64,000 bases of DNA from NCBI GenBank assembly GCA_965227405.1, contig OZ245758.1, positions 2,868,338 to 2,932,337 on the forward strand, read 5' to 3'. This DNA comes from Polyangiales bacterium (GTDB lineage: Bacteria; Myxococcota_A; Polyangia; Polyangiales; Houyiibacteriaceae). This document shows, piece after piece, positions 39,684 through 48,524 of this stretch. Each line of letters opens with the position of its first letter. Position 1 is the first letter of the stretch. A model generated the notes under the pieces. It was given only the letters and a program-made list of their open reading frames with translations. It was not told where the DNA came from and searched no databases. The translations under genes and the position numbers were made by a program.

Positions 39684-40631
39684 ATGCGACTGCTCTTCGT
39701 GATGGATCCGGTCGACACAGTGATCGTCGACGAAGACACTTCGTTCGCGATCATGTTCGAAGCGCAGCAGCGCGGGCATCGGGTCGACCACTGCTTGGTG
39801 CAAGACGTGGAGCTAATCGAAGGACGGTGTCGCGCCGCGGTTCGACAAGCCACGCTGCAGAAGAATCCTGATGCACCGGTGCTGCTCGGTGAGACCGAGC
39901 TGGTCGATGTTGCCGACGTCGACGTGGTGTTCATTCGGAAGGACCCACCCTTCGACGACGAGTACCTCTGGCTCACGCTGTGTTTGGAACGCGTGCGTGG
40001 TCAGACCCTGGTGATCAACGATCCGGCAGGGCTTCGTGCCGCGAACGAAAAACTCTACGCCGCACACTTTCCCGAGTTGATGCCGCGCACGCTGGTGGCC
40101 GCTGACAAGGATCGCATCAAAGCCTTTGTCAAAGACGTGGGTGGCCGTGCGGTGATCAAGCCGGTGGATGGTCATGGTGGCGAAGGCATCTTCGCGCTGG
40201 GCTTGGATGACCCGAACCTCAACGCCCACATCGAGACGGTCACGCGTCACGGCAAGCGCGTCGCGATGGTGCAGGCGTTCATCGACGAGGTGTCGAAGGG
40301 CGACAAGCGCATCCTTCTGATGGAAGGCGAAGTGCTCGGCGCGATCTTGCGGGTTCCGCAGGGCGGCGACCTTCGTTCCAACATTCACGTGGGTGGCCGA
40401 GTCGTGGCCACCGATATCGACGAACACGATCGCCGCATCATCGACACGATGCGCGATCGCTTGAAACAAGATGGGCTGATTTTCGTGGGACTCGACGTCA
40501 TTGGTGGAAAGCTCACCGAAGTGAACGTCACCAGTCCGACGGGCATTCAGCAGATGTCGCGACTTTCGGGCACCAACTGCGAAGCACCGGTGCTTGATTG
40601 GCTCGAACGACACGCAGGAGAAACCAAGTGA
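39684..40631 (+). CDS. gshB: glutathione synthetase (prokaryotic ATP-grasp type)
   Basis: 315 aa. N-terminal MRLLFVMDPVDTVIVDEDTSFAIMFEAQQRGH (GSH-S N-domain) and C-terminal ATP-grasp region (KPVDGHGGEGIF, RILLMEGEVLGAILRVP, NIHVGG, GLDVIGGKLTEVNVTSPTG). Confidence 0.85.
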   Translation: MRLLFVMDPVDTVIVDEDTSFAIMFEAQQRGHRVDHCLVQDVELIEGRCRAAVRQATLQKNPDAPVLLGETELVDVADVDVVFIRKDPPFDDEYLWLTLCLERVRGQTLVINDPAGLRAANEKLYAAHFPELMPRTLVAADKDRIKAFVKDVGGRAVIKPVDGHGGEGIFALGLDDPNLNAHIETVTRHGKRVAMVQAFIDEVSKGDKRILLMEGEVLGAILRVPQGGDLRSNIHVGGRVVATDIDEHDRRIIDTMRDRLKQDGLIFVGLDVIGGKLTEVNVTSPTGIQQMSRLSGTNCEAPVLDWLERHAGETK

Positions 40632-40645
40632 GAGTTCTTGGATGC

Positions 40646-42727
40646 ATGATCGCGCTGGCGCTGATGGGATGTCCCCCCGCCGGCCTGCAGTTGCCCGAGA
40701 CCACGCCGGACGTGCTTCAGGCGGGTTCGCTGCAACGTGAAGTTCGCGCGCTGACCGACCTGGATAGCGTTCGTGATGTCGTCGAAGGCGGAGGCCTGGT
40801 GTACGTCGCGACCGATCGCGGCCTACTGGTGTTCGGCGAGTCCACAACGCGGATGGGTCGCAACGAAGGTCTGCCTTCAGACGACGTGCGCGCGCTGGCG
40901 ATCAGTGCCAACGGCGTGGTCACCGTGGGAACCGCCAACGGGTTTGTGGAAGTCACCGGAAACCAGATCAGCAACCCCGTAGTTCCGAACGCTCCGGTGG
41001 GTGAGATCGTTGCGTTGCACACCCAGGACGACGGAACGCGTTGGGCGTGTGGCCAAAGCGGGCTGGCGCGCCTTCGTGACGGCGTTTGGTCCGGTTACGG
41101 CGAAGCGATGCAGTGCACCGGCTTGTGGGCGACTCCCGAGGGTCGTCTTTGGGTCGGAACCACCAACGGGCTTTTGTACCTGGATGCCGACGATGTGATT
41201 CGCGAACACGTCGAAGGACGTGGGCTTCCGGCAGGTTGGGTCCGCGGTGTGGTTCCCGCGCAACCGGGTCAGGCATTCGTGTTGGTGCAGAACGCCAGCG
41301 AAAGCCATCTCGCGTGGTTCGATGGCAACCGTTGGTACGACTACACCGTTGCCGACTTTGATCGGCCGGTGGTGGGTCTAGCGCGAGTTGGAACCGAGAC
41401 CGTGATGTTCACGCGCGGCTACGCGTTCACCATTCGCGATGCGACGCGAGCCAGTGGGGTTCCGCTGCATCCCTTGGCGCGTGGCGATCGCCTTCAGGTG
41501 TTGGGTTATCGGGCGCGTCAGCTTCCTGGTGCTGTTGCGTCGTGTGATCGCGAAGCGATTCCTGCTCGTCCGCCGGTTCGTTTGGCTGCAGTGCCACCGA
41601 ACCACCCCACCATCGAGGCGCCTGGCTTTGTCGTCGCTCCGTTGAGTGCGACTGGACAGAACGTCTACGGGGTGCATGCGCACGGTGGAGTTGTGTACGT
41701 CGCCGATCGCAACCAAGGTGTGAGCGCGTTGACCGCAAGCGGCGTGGGTCGTTCGTACCGAAGCCGTGATCTAGTCGCCGAGCGCGACCTTCAGGTGCAA
41801 AGCGACGAGCGTGGTCGCACGTGGGTCCTGACCGACGAAGGTGTGCTCGCGGAGCAAAACGACGGTGCGCTGCGACGCGTGGCGACCCCGGAAGGCGTTC
41901 GTTGTTGGTCGATGACGGCAGCTGCGCGTGGCCTTTACGTTGCGTGCACGGTCAACGGGACGCCCAATGCGATTCGCGTGTACCGCCGTTCGGGTGACGA
42001 CTGGGCACCGGCGATCGATACGGTGCTGACGTTTGGTGCCGCGGATGACGCGCCTCGTCCGCAGGTGGTGTCGACGCCGATGATCGGTGTGCGCGATGAC
42101 GAGGAAACCTGGTTGGCGATGCGCGTACGGATGCCGGATGGAACCGGACCTGTGATGCGCGGTGTGGCGCAGATCAACGGCGAGACAGTGCTGTACCATC
42201 ACAGCCGAAGCGATCCCGCCGTCGATGGTGAAGGTTCGCTGGTGATGCCGGACGATTTCTCATCGCTTGATGTGAACGAAGAAGGCAACGTGTGGTTCTC
42301 CACGCTCAACGGTGCAGTTCGCATCGGTAACCACCAGGCCATCGTGTTTGGTGAGGCTCGCGGTGTGCGTGGTGAGGTCGTGAGCGACGTGTTGGTGGGA
42401 ACCCAGGCTCGGGTGTGGGTCGCTGCCGCTGAAGGACCTGGCTACTACTACAACCGCGAGTTTGAATTCCGGATGCCGCAGGCCGTTCGTGCGACGCGTC
42501 CGATTGGGTTGGCGCTCGATCCGCGCGGCAACATCTGGGGTGCTGGACCCAACGGTTTGGTTCGCTACGACGGCAACGACTGGTCTGTGTTCGCAGCGGA
42601 TTCCGGACTGCCCACGACGGAACTGGTCGACGTCGAAGCCGCCGCAGACGGCGAGATTTGGGTGCTCGGACGCGACCAAGTTGTGGTGCTTGGTGCACCG
42701 ACTCAGCGCGAGGTCGCGCCCGAGTAG
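40646..42727 (+). CDS. beta-propeller lipoprotein with two-component-regulator-propeller-like repeats
   Basis: Start placed at MIALALMGCPPAG (lipobox). It has repeated aromatic/Gly motifs (LWVGTTNGLLYLD, VWFSTLNGAVRIG, IWGAGPNGLVRYDGNDWSVF) typical of Reg_prop repeats. About 694 aa. Confidence 0.5.
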   Translation: MIALALMGCPPAGLQLPETTPDVLQAGSLQREVRALTDLDSVRDVVEGGGLVYVATDRGLLVFGESTTRMGRNEGLPSDDVRALAISANGVVTVGTANGFVEVTGNQISNPVVPNAPVGEIVALHTQDDGTRWACGQSGLARLRDGVWSGYGEAMQCTGLWATPEGRLWVGTTNGLLYLDADDVIREHVEGRGLPAGWVRGVVPAQPGQAFVLVQNASESHLAWFDGNRWYDYTVADFDRPVVGLARVGTETVMFTRGYAFTIRDATRASGVPLHPLARGDRLQVLGYRARQLPGAVASCDREAIPARPPVRLAAVPPNHPTIEAPGFVVAPLSATGQNVYGVHAHGGVVYVADRNQGVSALTASGVGRSYRSRDLVAERDLQVQSDERGRTWVLTDEGVLAEQNDGALRRVATPEGVRCWSMTAAARGLYVACTVNGTPNAIRVYRRSGDDWAPAIDTVLTFGAADDAPRPQVVSTPMIGVRDDEETWLAMRVRMPDGTGPVMRGVAQINGETVLYHHSRSDPAVDGEGSLVMPDDFSSLDVNEEGNVWFSTLNGAVRIGNHQAIVFGEARGVRGEVVSDVLVGTQARVWVAAAEGPGYYYNREFEFRMPQAVRATRPIGLALDPRGNIWGAGPNGLVRYDGNDWSVFAADSGLPTTELVDVEAAADGEIWVLGRDQVVVLGAPTQREVAPE

Positions 42728-42730
42728 CTC

Positions 42731-43303
42731 ATGGCGTTTGAGGTTAAGGGGAGGGCGCTCGTTGCGACGATGCGGATGCTGGGCAAGGCGCCGGGCGGGG
42801 CCTCCTCAATCCTCGGCACCATGTCGGCGGACGACCAGGCGTACTTCGGCGAGTTGTTTCTGGAAGCCGGTTGGTATGCGATGGATCCCTACGTTCGGAT
42901 CATGGCGACCATCGCTGGAGCGCGCGGCTTATCGGTGCGGGAGTGGATGCGCATGCAAGCCGATCGGACTGCAGCGAGTGATGTTGAAGGCATCTATCGC
43001 ATGAGTCTCAAGTCCGCTTCGTTGGGTGACATGGCCAAGCGTTTGCCACGTGCATTCAATCGCTACTTCCAGCCCTGCAACGCCGTGTTGATGAAGCTTG
43101 GTGACGATTTCGCCGACTTCGAGTTGCGCGTGATTCCGACCAAGCACGCGGAGTTCTTCCGAGGCATCAACGAAGGCTTTGTGGTGGGTGCGCTTCGGTA
43201 TGCCGGCGCGAACAAACCGCGCGTGCGTTACGGCGACCCGGTTGCAGGCGACGCGCACGAGGGCGAAGCCACGTTGACGATGCCCTTTCGCGCGTCGTTT
43301 TAG
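42731..43303 (+). CDS. hypothetical protein (possibly a Myxococcales-type paralogous family)
   Basis: 190-aa soluble ORF with good codon bias. The TIGR02265/DUF2378 assignment is tentative. Confidence 0.35.
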   Translation: MAFEVKGRALVATMRMLGKAPGGASSILGTMSADDQAYFGELFLEAGWYAMDPYVRIMATIAGARGLSVREWMRMQADRTAASDVEGIYRMSLKSASLGDMAKRLPRAFNRYFQPCNAVLMKLGDDFADFELRVIPTKHAEFFRGINEGFVVGALRYAGANKPRVRYGDPVAGDAHEGEATLTMPFRASF

Positions 43304-44010
43304 CGGTAGGGCCCGACGCGCTTGGGGTAGAGACCGCGAAGTCGGTCGAGTCCTCGCCCGTGATGTCGCAGCACGTGTTTGACGGCTTTGCGATGGAACA
43401 CGCGCGGGTTGGGGCGGAGGTGCCGCTCCATCTCGCGATCGGGGATCTCCAGCAGGACTCCGAAGACCGCCAGTGCGTATGCGAGTTCGTGTTCCGCCAT
43501 CACGCCAAGACGACGCGCGAGCAGAAGGTTGTTGGCGCGAGCAGCGCGCGGTGCAGCCGCGTTGGCAGCGAACACACCGAAGCCGAGGTACACCGCGGTG
43601 GCGTCGATGACGTATTCGACGTCGCCTGGGATCGCATCCGGTACCGAGTGCACGACGTAGTGTGCGACGCCTCGTGCGAAGTGCGTGACCAAGCGTGCGG
43701 GGTCCATCAACCACGAAGGGTCGTACGGGATCGGGAACCCTTCGTCGCCCGCTTCGCCGTGTAGGAATTCTTGGTCGGGGACGACGTGAAGCGGCCACTC
43801 CGAGAGTTGTGCGTGTTCTTGGACGAAGAGGAAGTAGTCCTCTGCGAGTTCTTCGCCTTCGAGTTGTTTGTCGACCGGGAAGTCGAGCGCCGTCGGTGTG
43901 ACCAGGGGTCGACCGGCGAAGCGGATCTCGCTGTCGTGGTGATGCAGAAGCCAAGACCAAGTCTCGAAAAGCCATTCGATAAAACCAGGCTTCGGGAGCA
44001 TCACACTCAA
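43300..44010 (-). CDS. hypothetical protein
   Basis: 236-aa ORF with coding-like composition, convergent with and overlapping the previous gene by 4 nt. Confidence 0.35.
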   Translation of the reverse strand: MSVMLPKPGFIEWLFETWSWLLHHHDSEIRFAGRPLVTPTALDFPVDKQLEGEELAEDYFLFVQEHAQLSEWPLHVVPDQEFLHGEAGDEGFPIPYDPSWLMDPARLVTHFARGVAHYVVHSVPDAIPGDVEYVIDATAVYLGFGVFAANAAAPRAARANNLLLARRLGVMAEHELAYALAVFGVLLEIPDREMERHLRPNPRVFHRKAVKHVLRHHGRGLDRLRGLYPKRVGPYR

Positions 44011-44071
44011 GATAACGGGCGATTGGGCGCTCGCCCATAGTCGTGTTCGACTTCGCTGTAGACTCGCCGGG

Positions 44072-44668
44072 ATGGGGGATGACTACGAGCGCGACTACAT
44101 GGACGGCGATGGCGCCATGTATCGAGAGAAGCACGTCTCCAAGTTGTTCTCGGCGTTGATGTTGTTGCCGGCGTTGGCTGCTGCTGCGGGTGGAATTGCC
44201 GCCGCGGTGCAGGGGGATTTTGCGGGAGCCGGCGCACTGGCTGTGGGTGCTTTGGGAGCCGGAACCGCCGGAGTGTTCTTCTCGGTGATGCGGACGATCG
44301 TGACTCCGAGCGAACTACGAGTGCAGTACGGAACGTTGGGACCGACCGTGGAACTCTCGTCGATTCGTTCGGTGGAAGTCGTGCGACTCAACGCCATGAC
44401 GCGACTGGCGATTGGCCCGAAGATTTGGCCCGAAGGTTGGCGTTATGTGTTTCCAGGAGCCACGCATGGAGTGCGTGTCGTGTACCAGGACGGGAAGCGA
44501 ACGAAGACGATCACCATTGCGGCCGATGATCCTGAAGCCTTAGCCGCGGCGATCCACCAGTCGAGCGCGACCGTGGGCATGCAAGTGCGCGTGGAAACCT
44601 CGACCGAGCAAGAAGTAGAAGAACAAGCGGGAGACTCAACCGACGAAGAATCCGAAACGCACCCATAG
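44072..44668 (+). CDS. hypothetical membrane protein
   Basis: Two N-terminal TM helices (Ala/Gly-rich), then a roughly 100-aa soluble domain. Its stop lies 13 nt before repeat copy B. Confidence 0.35.
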   Translation: MGDDYERDYMDGDGAMYREKHVSKLFSALMLLPALAAAAGGIAAAVQGDFAGAGALAVGALGAGTAGVFFSVMRTIVTPSELRVQYGTLGPTVELSSIRSVEVVRLNAMTRLAIGPKIWPEGWRYVFPGATHGVRVVYQDGKRTKTITIAADDPEALAAAIHQSSATVGMQVRVETSTEQEVEEQAGDSTDEESETHP

Positions 44669-44681
44669 GGGTGGGGATTTT

Positions 44682-44786
44682 GGGGACAGGGTCAGATCTG
44701 ACCTGAACTATGTGGCCATACATTCGCGTTTTAGGAAAAAGCGGACTGTATTTCGGGGAGTCCGGTTCAGATCTGACCCTGTCCCC
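44682..44786. mobile_element. MITE-like/REP-like element, about 105 bp, with 20-bp perfect terminal inverted repeats GGGGACAGGGTCAGATCTGA (family copy B)
   Basis: The left arm is ggggacagggtcagatctgacc and the right arm is tcagatctgaccctgtcccc. Each arm contains the palindrome tcagatctga. It sits between convergent genes. Coordinates +/- 2. Confidence 0.6.
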
Positions 44787-44809
44787 AATCTGAACTTTAC
44801 CCGGTTGGG

Positions 44810-45547
44810 TTATTCGGGCGATGTCCACGCTGTGTCGAAGAGTTGTTCGCTGAGCGGAGACCAGGTTGTCCACTTGTGGATCCCGGGTCTCGCGACCACG
44901 CGATCACTGGGTAGGAAGCCGCCCAACAAGGCGTGGTCGGGGGCACCGGGATCCTCGGTTCCGTAGGTCAGAAAGATCGGCGTTCCGCTTCGGTTGCGCG
45001 CCTGCAACTGCTCGCGAATCCAGACCCACACTTTCCGGGTTTGGCGTGGCCGGCTGTCTTCCATGGTCGCCAGATCCCCCGACTCCCACTCGCCCAGGTT
45101 TTCGGCTTCGCGAATCTCGGCCAACACTTCCGGCTCGCCCAAGTAAGGCGCAAACAACATCACACCGTCGATATCCTCGGGATGTGCCTGCGCATAACTC
45201 AACGCCCCAAAGCCACCCATCGACACACCGACGATCCAAACCTGGCGGTAGCCCATCGCTTGCGCGCGTGAGAACACATCGGCTTCCAACGCGTCGACCA
45301 ACGTAAACCCGCGATAGAAACCGAAGTGTGATCCCACGGCGATCGAATCCCAGCCGTGTTGCTTGGCGCGCTCGACCAAACCCCAACGCTCGAAGCTTCC
45401 AGCGTTGTCCCCAAGTCCATGCAGAAACACGATGAGTCCACGCGCTCGATGCGAACCCTGGTCCGCGTAATCAAGCACACGCATGGGACGTGTTGGCGAT
45501 GTGAGCATGCAGCTCTGAAGCAGGAGCGCGATCCAAACCAAGCGCAT
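44810..45547 (-). CDS. alpha/beta hydrolase (esterase family)
   Basis: Start placed at MRLVWIALLLQSCM (signal peptide). It has VFLHGLGDNAGSF and the nucleophile elbow GVSMGG. The track's N-terminal extension would overlap the Fpg/Nei gene. Confidence 0.6.
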   Translation of the reverse strand: MRLVWIALLLQSCMLTSPTRPMRVLDYADQGSHRARGLIVFLHGLGDNAGSFERWGLVERAKQHGWDSIAVGSHFGFYRGFTLVDALEADVFSRAQAMGYRQVWIVGVSMGGFGALSYAQAHPEDIDGVMLFAPYLGEPEVLAEIREAENLGEWESGDLATMEDSRPRQTRKVWVWIREQLQARNRSGTPIFLTYGTEDPGAPDHALLGGFLPSDRVVARPGIHKWTTWSPLSEQLFDTAWTSPE

Positions 45548-45555
45548 GCGGTGCT

Positions 45556-46323
45556 CTAGCACGAAGCTTGCTGGCAACTCGCGCAAAAATAGGTCGAACG
45601 ACCTTCTTGCTTCTTCATCGCAACCGGCTCTCCGCACGTACGACATAGCTCAGTCGATCGTCCGTACACCCAAAGACGTCCCTCGTAGCGCTTGCGCGTG
45701 GTGCGCATCGATGTCCCCAAGTTCCGCTTCATCAAGCGTCGTGCGTCAGCAAAGAGCGCATTCAGCGCGTCATCGGAAACCTCCGCCACCGGAGCAAAGG
45801 GATCGAGTTTGGCCAAGAACAGTAGTTCGCTTTTGTACACGTTGCCGATTCCACCCACGATGTCTTGGCGCATCAACGCAACCCCAATGGGCAACGCATC
45901 GACGCCACGCATCCGGCGCAACGCTTCGTCGGCATCAAATTCTGTTGCAAGAAGATCGGGGCCAAGTCGCGCCAAGAGTGGCGACGCACTTTCGCGTTTC
46001 AACAGTTCCGCGATGGCCAGGTCTACGCCCAACACCATGCTCTTGCCGAGGGCCATCACCACCGACGAACGACCAATCGGCGACGTCCAGCGACGAATCA
46101 CCTTCCACCGTCCACGCATCCGCAAGTGCGAGTGCAAGATCATCCCATCGTCAAAGTCCATCAGCAGATGTTTGCCGCGCGCACGTACACCCACGACGGT
46201 TCGCCCGACACGATCGACGTTGAGTAGCTTCGACGCACTCGCCTCAAAACGCGACACCTCGCGACCGGCCATGGCTTGGTGCAGTCGCTGCGCAGCTCGA
46301 AAGATCGTGTCTCCCTCAGGCAC
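45556..46323 (-). CDS. Fpg/Nei family DNA glycosylase
   Basis: N-terminus (V)PEGDTIFRAAQRL, with GTG start assumed. H2TH region. C-terminal zinc finger CRTCGEPVAMKKQEGRSTYFCASCQQ. Confidence 0.7.
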   Translation of the reverse strand: MPEGDTIFRAAQRLHQAMAGREVSRFEASASKLLNVDRVGRTVVGVRARGKHLLMDFDDGMILHSHLRMRGRWKVIRRWTSPIGRSSVVMALGKSMVLGVDLAIAELLKRESASPLLARLGPDLLATEFDADEALRRMRGVDALPIGVALMRQDIVGGIGNVYKSELLFLAKLDPFAPVAEVSDDALNALFADARRLMKRNLGTSMRTTRKRYEGRLWVYGRSTELCRTCGEPVAMKKQEGRSTYFCASCQQASC

Positions 46324-46398
46324 TCGCGACTTCCAGACCAACTCTAACCATTACGCCATGCGCTTTCTAGACTGGTAATTCACACGCCTCGCACCAGG

Positions 46399-46962
46399 TT
46401 GCCGGCCATGAAAACGCACCAAGCTCGCCCGATGATCCTTTCCCAAGACGACGTTCTTTCGAAGGATGAGTGCGCAGAATGGATTGCGTGGGCTGAGCAA
46501 CGTGGGTTTCACCGCAGTCCGGTCATGAGCGAGAAGGGCCGCGAGTACGACCAAGCGGTGAGAAACAACGAACGCTTCGTGGCGGATGATCCCGGTCGCG
46601 CCAAGGTGCTCTTCGATCGACTCCGCAAGCATCTGCCGCGCTTGCAAGGTTGGGCGCCCACAGCGTGCAACGAACGCATTCGAATCTATCGCTACGATGC
46701 TGGGATGCGTTTTCGTCGTCATCGCGACGCGGCGTTTGAACGTCAGGACGGAGAGCGTTCCAAACTCACCCTGCTCGTGTATCTCTCGGACGAGTTCGAA
46801 GGCGGCGAGACCTGGTTTCCCCAGTTCACCTACTCGCCCAGACTCGGCGCCGCGTTGCTCTTCGAACACGATCAAGATCACGCCGGCGTCGTCGTCACCG
46901 AGGGACGCAAGTACGTCGCGCGATCCGACGTGATGTACTTCCCGGACTGGTCTCAACCGTAG
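46399..46962 (+). CDS. 2OG-Fe(II) oxygenase superfamily protein (prolyl-4-hydroxylase-like)
   Basis: 187 aa with the HRD...H facial-triad pattern (FRRHRDAAF, then EHDQDHAGVVV) and a conserved RxS-like C-terminal region. Confidence 0.55.
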   Translation: MPAMKTHQARPMILSQDDVLSKDECAEWIAWAEQRGFHRSPVMSEKGREYDQAVRNNERFVADDPGRAKVLFDRLRKHLPRLQGWAPTACNERIRIYRYDAGMRFRRHRDAAFERQDGERSKLTLLVYLSDEFEGGETWFPQFTYSPRLGAALLFEHDQDHAGVVVTEGRKYVARSDVMYFPDWSQP

Positions 46963-48503
46963 ACACGAAGCGAGCGTGCTTGTTTGCGGATCGCTTGCTC
47001 TTCGTCCTTTTCGATCCGGTCCAGGTTCTTAAGCTGCATACGCATGCGGTGATTGGTGGAGAGTTGCTGCCGGTTTCGAAAGAGGAAGTCCCAATAGAGC
47101 GTGGTCATCGGACAAGCGTCATCACCCACACGTAACTTGGGATCGAAGCGACAGCTTTTGCAGTACGTGCCCATGCGCGAGATGTACTTGCCTGTCGCTG
47201 CATAGGGTTTGGTGCCGACAAGCCCGCCGTCAGCGTACTGACTCATTCCCAGCACGTTGGGCAAGGACGCCCAATCCACCGCGTCGGCGTACATCGCCAT
47301 GTGCCACTCGTGCAGTTCGTAGGGGTCCACCCCCAGCAGCAACGCGTAGTTGCCCAACACCATCAATCGTTGAATGTGGTGGGCATACGCGTTGTCGATC
47401 ACGTTGCGCATCGAATCTTCAACACAGCGCATCTCGGTGTCGCCACTCCAGTACGCTTCGGGTACTGGTTGTTTGGCGCCAAGTTCGTTGAGGCGCGCGT
47501 ATTCAGGCATCTCCACCCAGTACAAACCACGGACCAGTTCCCGCCATCCCAGGATCTGCCGAACGAAACCTTCCACTGCCGCCAAGGGCGCAGCGTCACA
47601 CGCGATTGCGGCCTCGATCACCTCGCGCGGGTCGAGCAGATGCAGGTTAATCGCGGCGGACAAACGTGAGTGAAACACGAAGGGTTCATTCTCCGGCATG
47701 GCGTCTTGGAAGCGACCAAAGAGAACCAGCCGGGTGTCGATAAACGCACGTAGGTCAGCCAGCGCTTCCTCACGCGTGACCGGCAGTGCAAACGTCGTTG
47801 CGTCACCCGGATGATCGGCGTAGCGCTCGGTCACCAACGCGATCACTTCACGCGTAATCGCATCGTGTTCATGTACGGGTGGGCGCGGGACGGTCGTGCC
47901 CTCTTTCCAGCTCTCGCGATTGTCGGCGTCGTAGTTCCAACGTCCGGAGACAGGCTCGTTGCCGTCCATCAACACGTTGTGTCGTTTGCGCATCCACCGG
48001 TAGAAGTGCTCGAGCACGACGGACTTACGACCCTTCCGCCAGTGCGCGAAGTCGTCGAGTGTGCAGATGAAGTGGTCGTCCTCGACGATCCGAAGCGTTG
48101 TCTCGAAAACGTCACACGCGTCACGAATCTGCTCGAGCACACGGTGGTCACCCGGCTGGCGAACGACCAACTCATCCACGTCGAGCTCGGCAATCCGCCG
48201 TGTGATCTCGTCGCGAAAGCATCCGCGGTTGTGCGGGTCATCCACTTCGCTGTAGTGAACCATCCAACCCTGCTGCAGCAGCCGATCGCGAAAATGCCGC
48301 ATGGCTGAGAAGAAGAGCACCAACCGATGCTGGTGCTGCCGCACATAGGTGCCTTCTTCGTCGACTTCCATCATCACGATGGAGTCGGTTTCAGGGTTCA
48401 GCTCGGCGAAGACGTCGCTGCGATCGTCGAGCTGATCGCCCAGCACCAACAACATGCGACGCACTGTTCGACGATGGGGTCGGCGATCGGGCTCGACAAG
48501 CAA
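46953..48503 (-). CDS. cryptochrome/photolyase family protein, FeS-BCP / (6-4) photolyase PhrB-like
   Basis: 516 aa. N-terminal LLVLGDQL photolyase-like alpha/beta domain. FAD-binding region. A C-terminal cysteine cluster (CKSCRFDP...DACPMTTLYWDF) as in the Fe-S bacterial cryptochrome/photolyase subfamily. Confidence 0.6.
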   Translation of the reverse strand: MLVEPDRRPHRRTVRRMLLVLGDQLDDRSDVFAELNPETDSIVMMEVDEEGTYVRQHQHRLVLFFSAMRHFRDRLLQQGWMVHYSEVDDPHNRGCFRDEITRRIAELDVDELVVRQPGDHRVLEQIRDACDVFETTLRIVEDDHFICTLDDFAHWRKGRKSVVLEHFYRWMRKRHNVLMDGNEPVSGRWNYDADNRESWKEGTTVPRPPVHEHDAITREVIALVTERYADHPGDATTFALPVTREEALADLRAFIDTRLVLFGRFQDAMPENEPFVFHSRLSAAINLHLLDPREVIEAAIACDAAPLAAVEGFVRQILGWRELVRGLYWVEMPEYARLNELGAKQPVPEAYWSGDTEMRCVEDSMRNVIDNAYAHHIQRLMVLGNYALLLGVDPYELHEWHMAMYADAVDWASLPNVLGMSQYADGGLVGTKPYAATGKYISRMGTYCKSCRFDPKLRVGDDACPMTTLYWDFLFRNRQQLSTNHRMRMQLKNLDRIEKDEEQAIRKQARSLRVYG

Positions 48504-48524
48504 TAGGATCCCACGGGACCCTTA

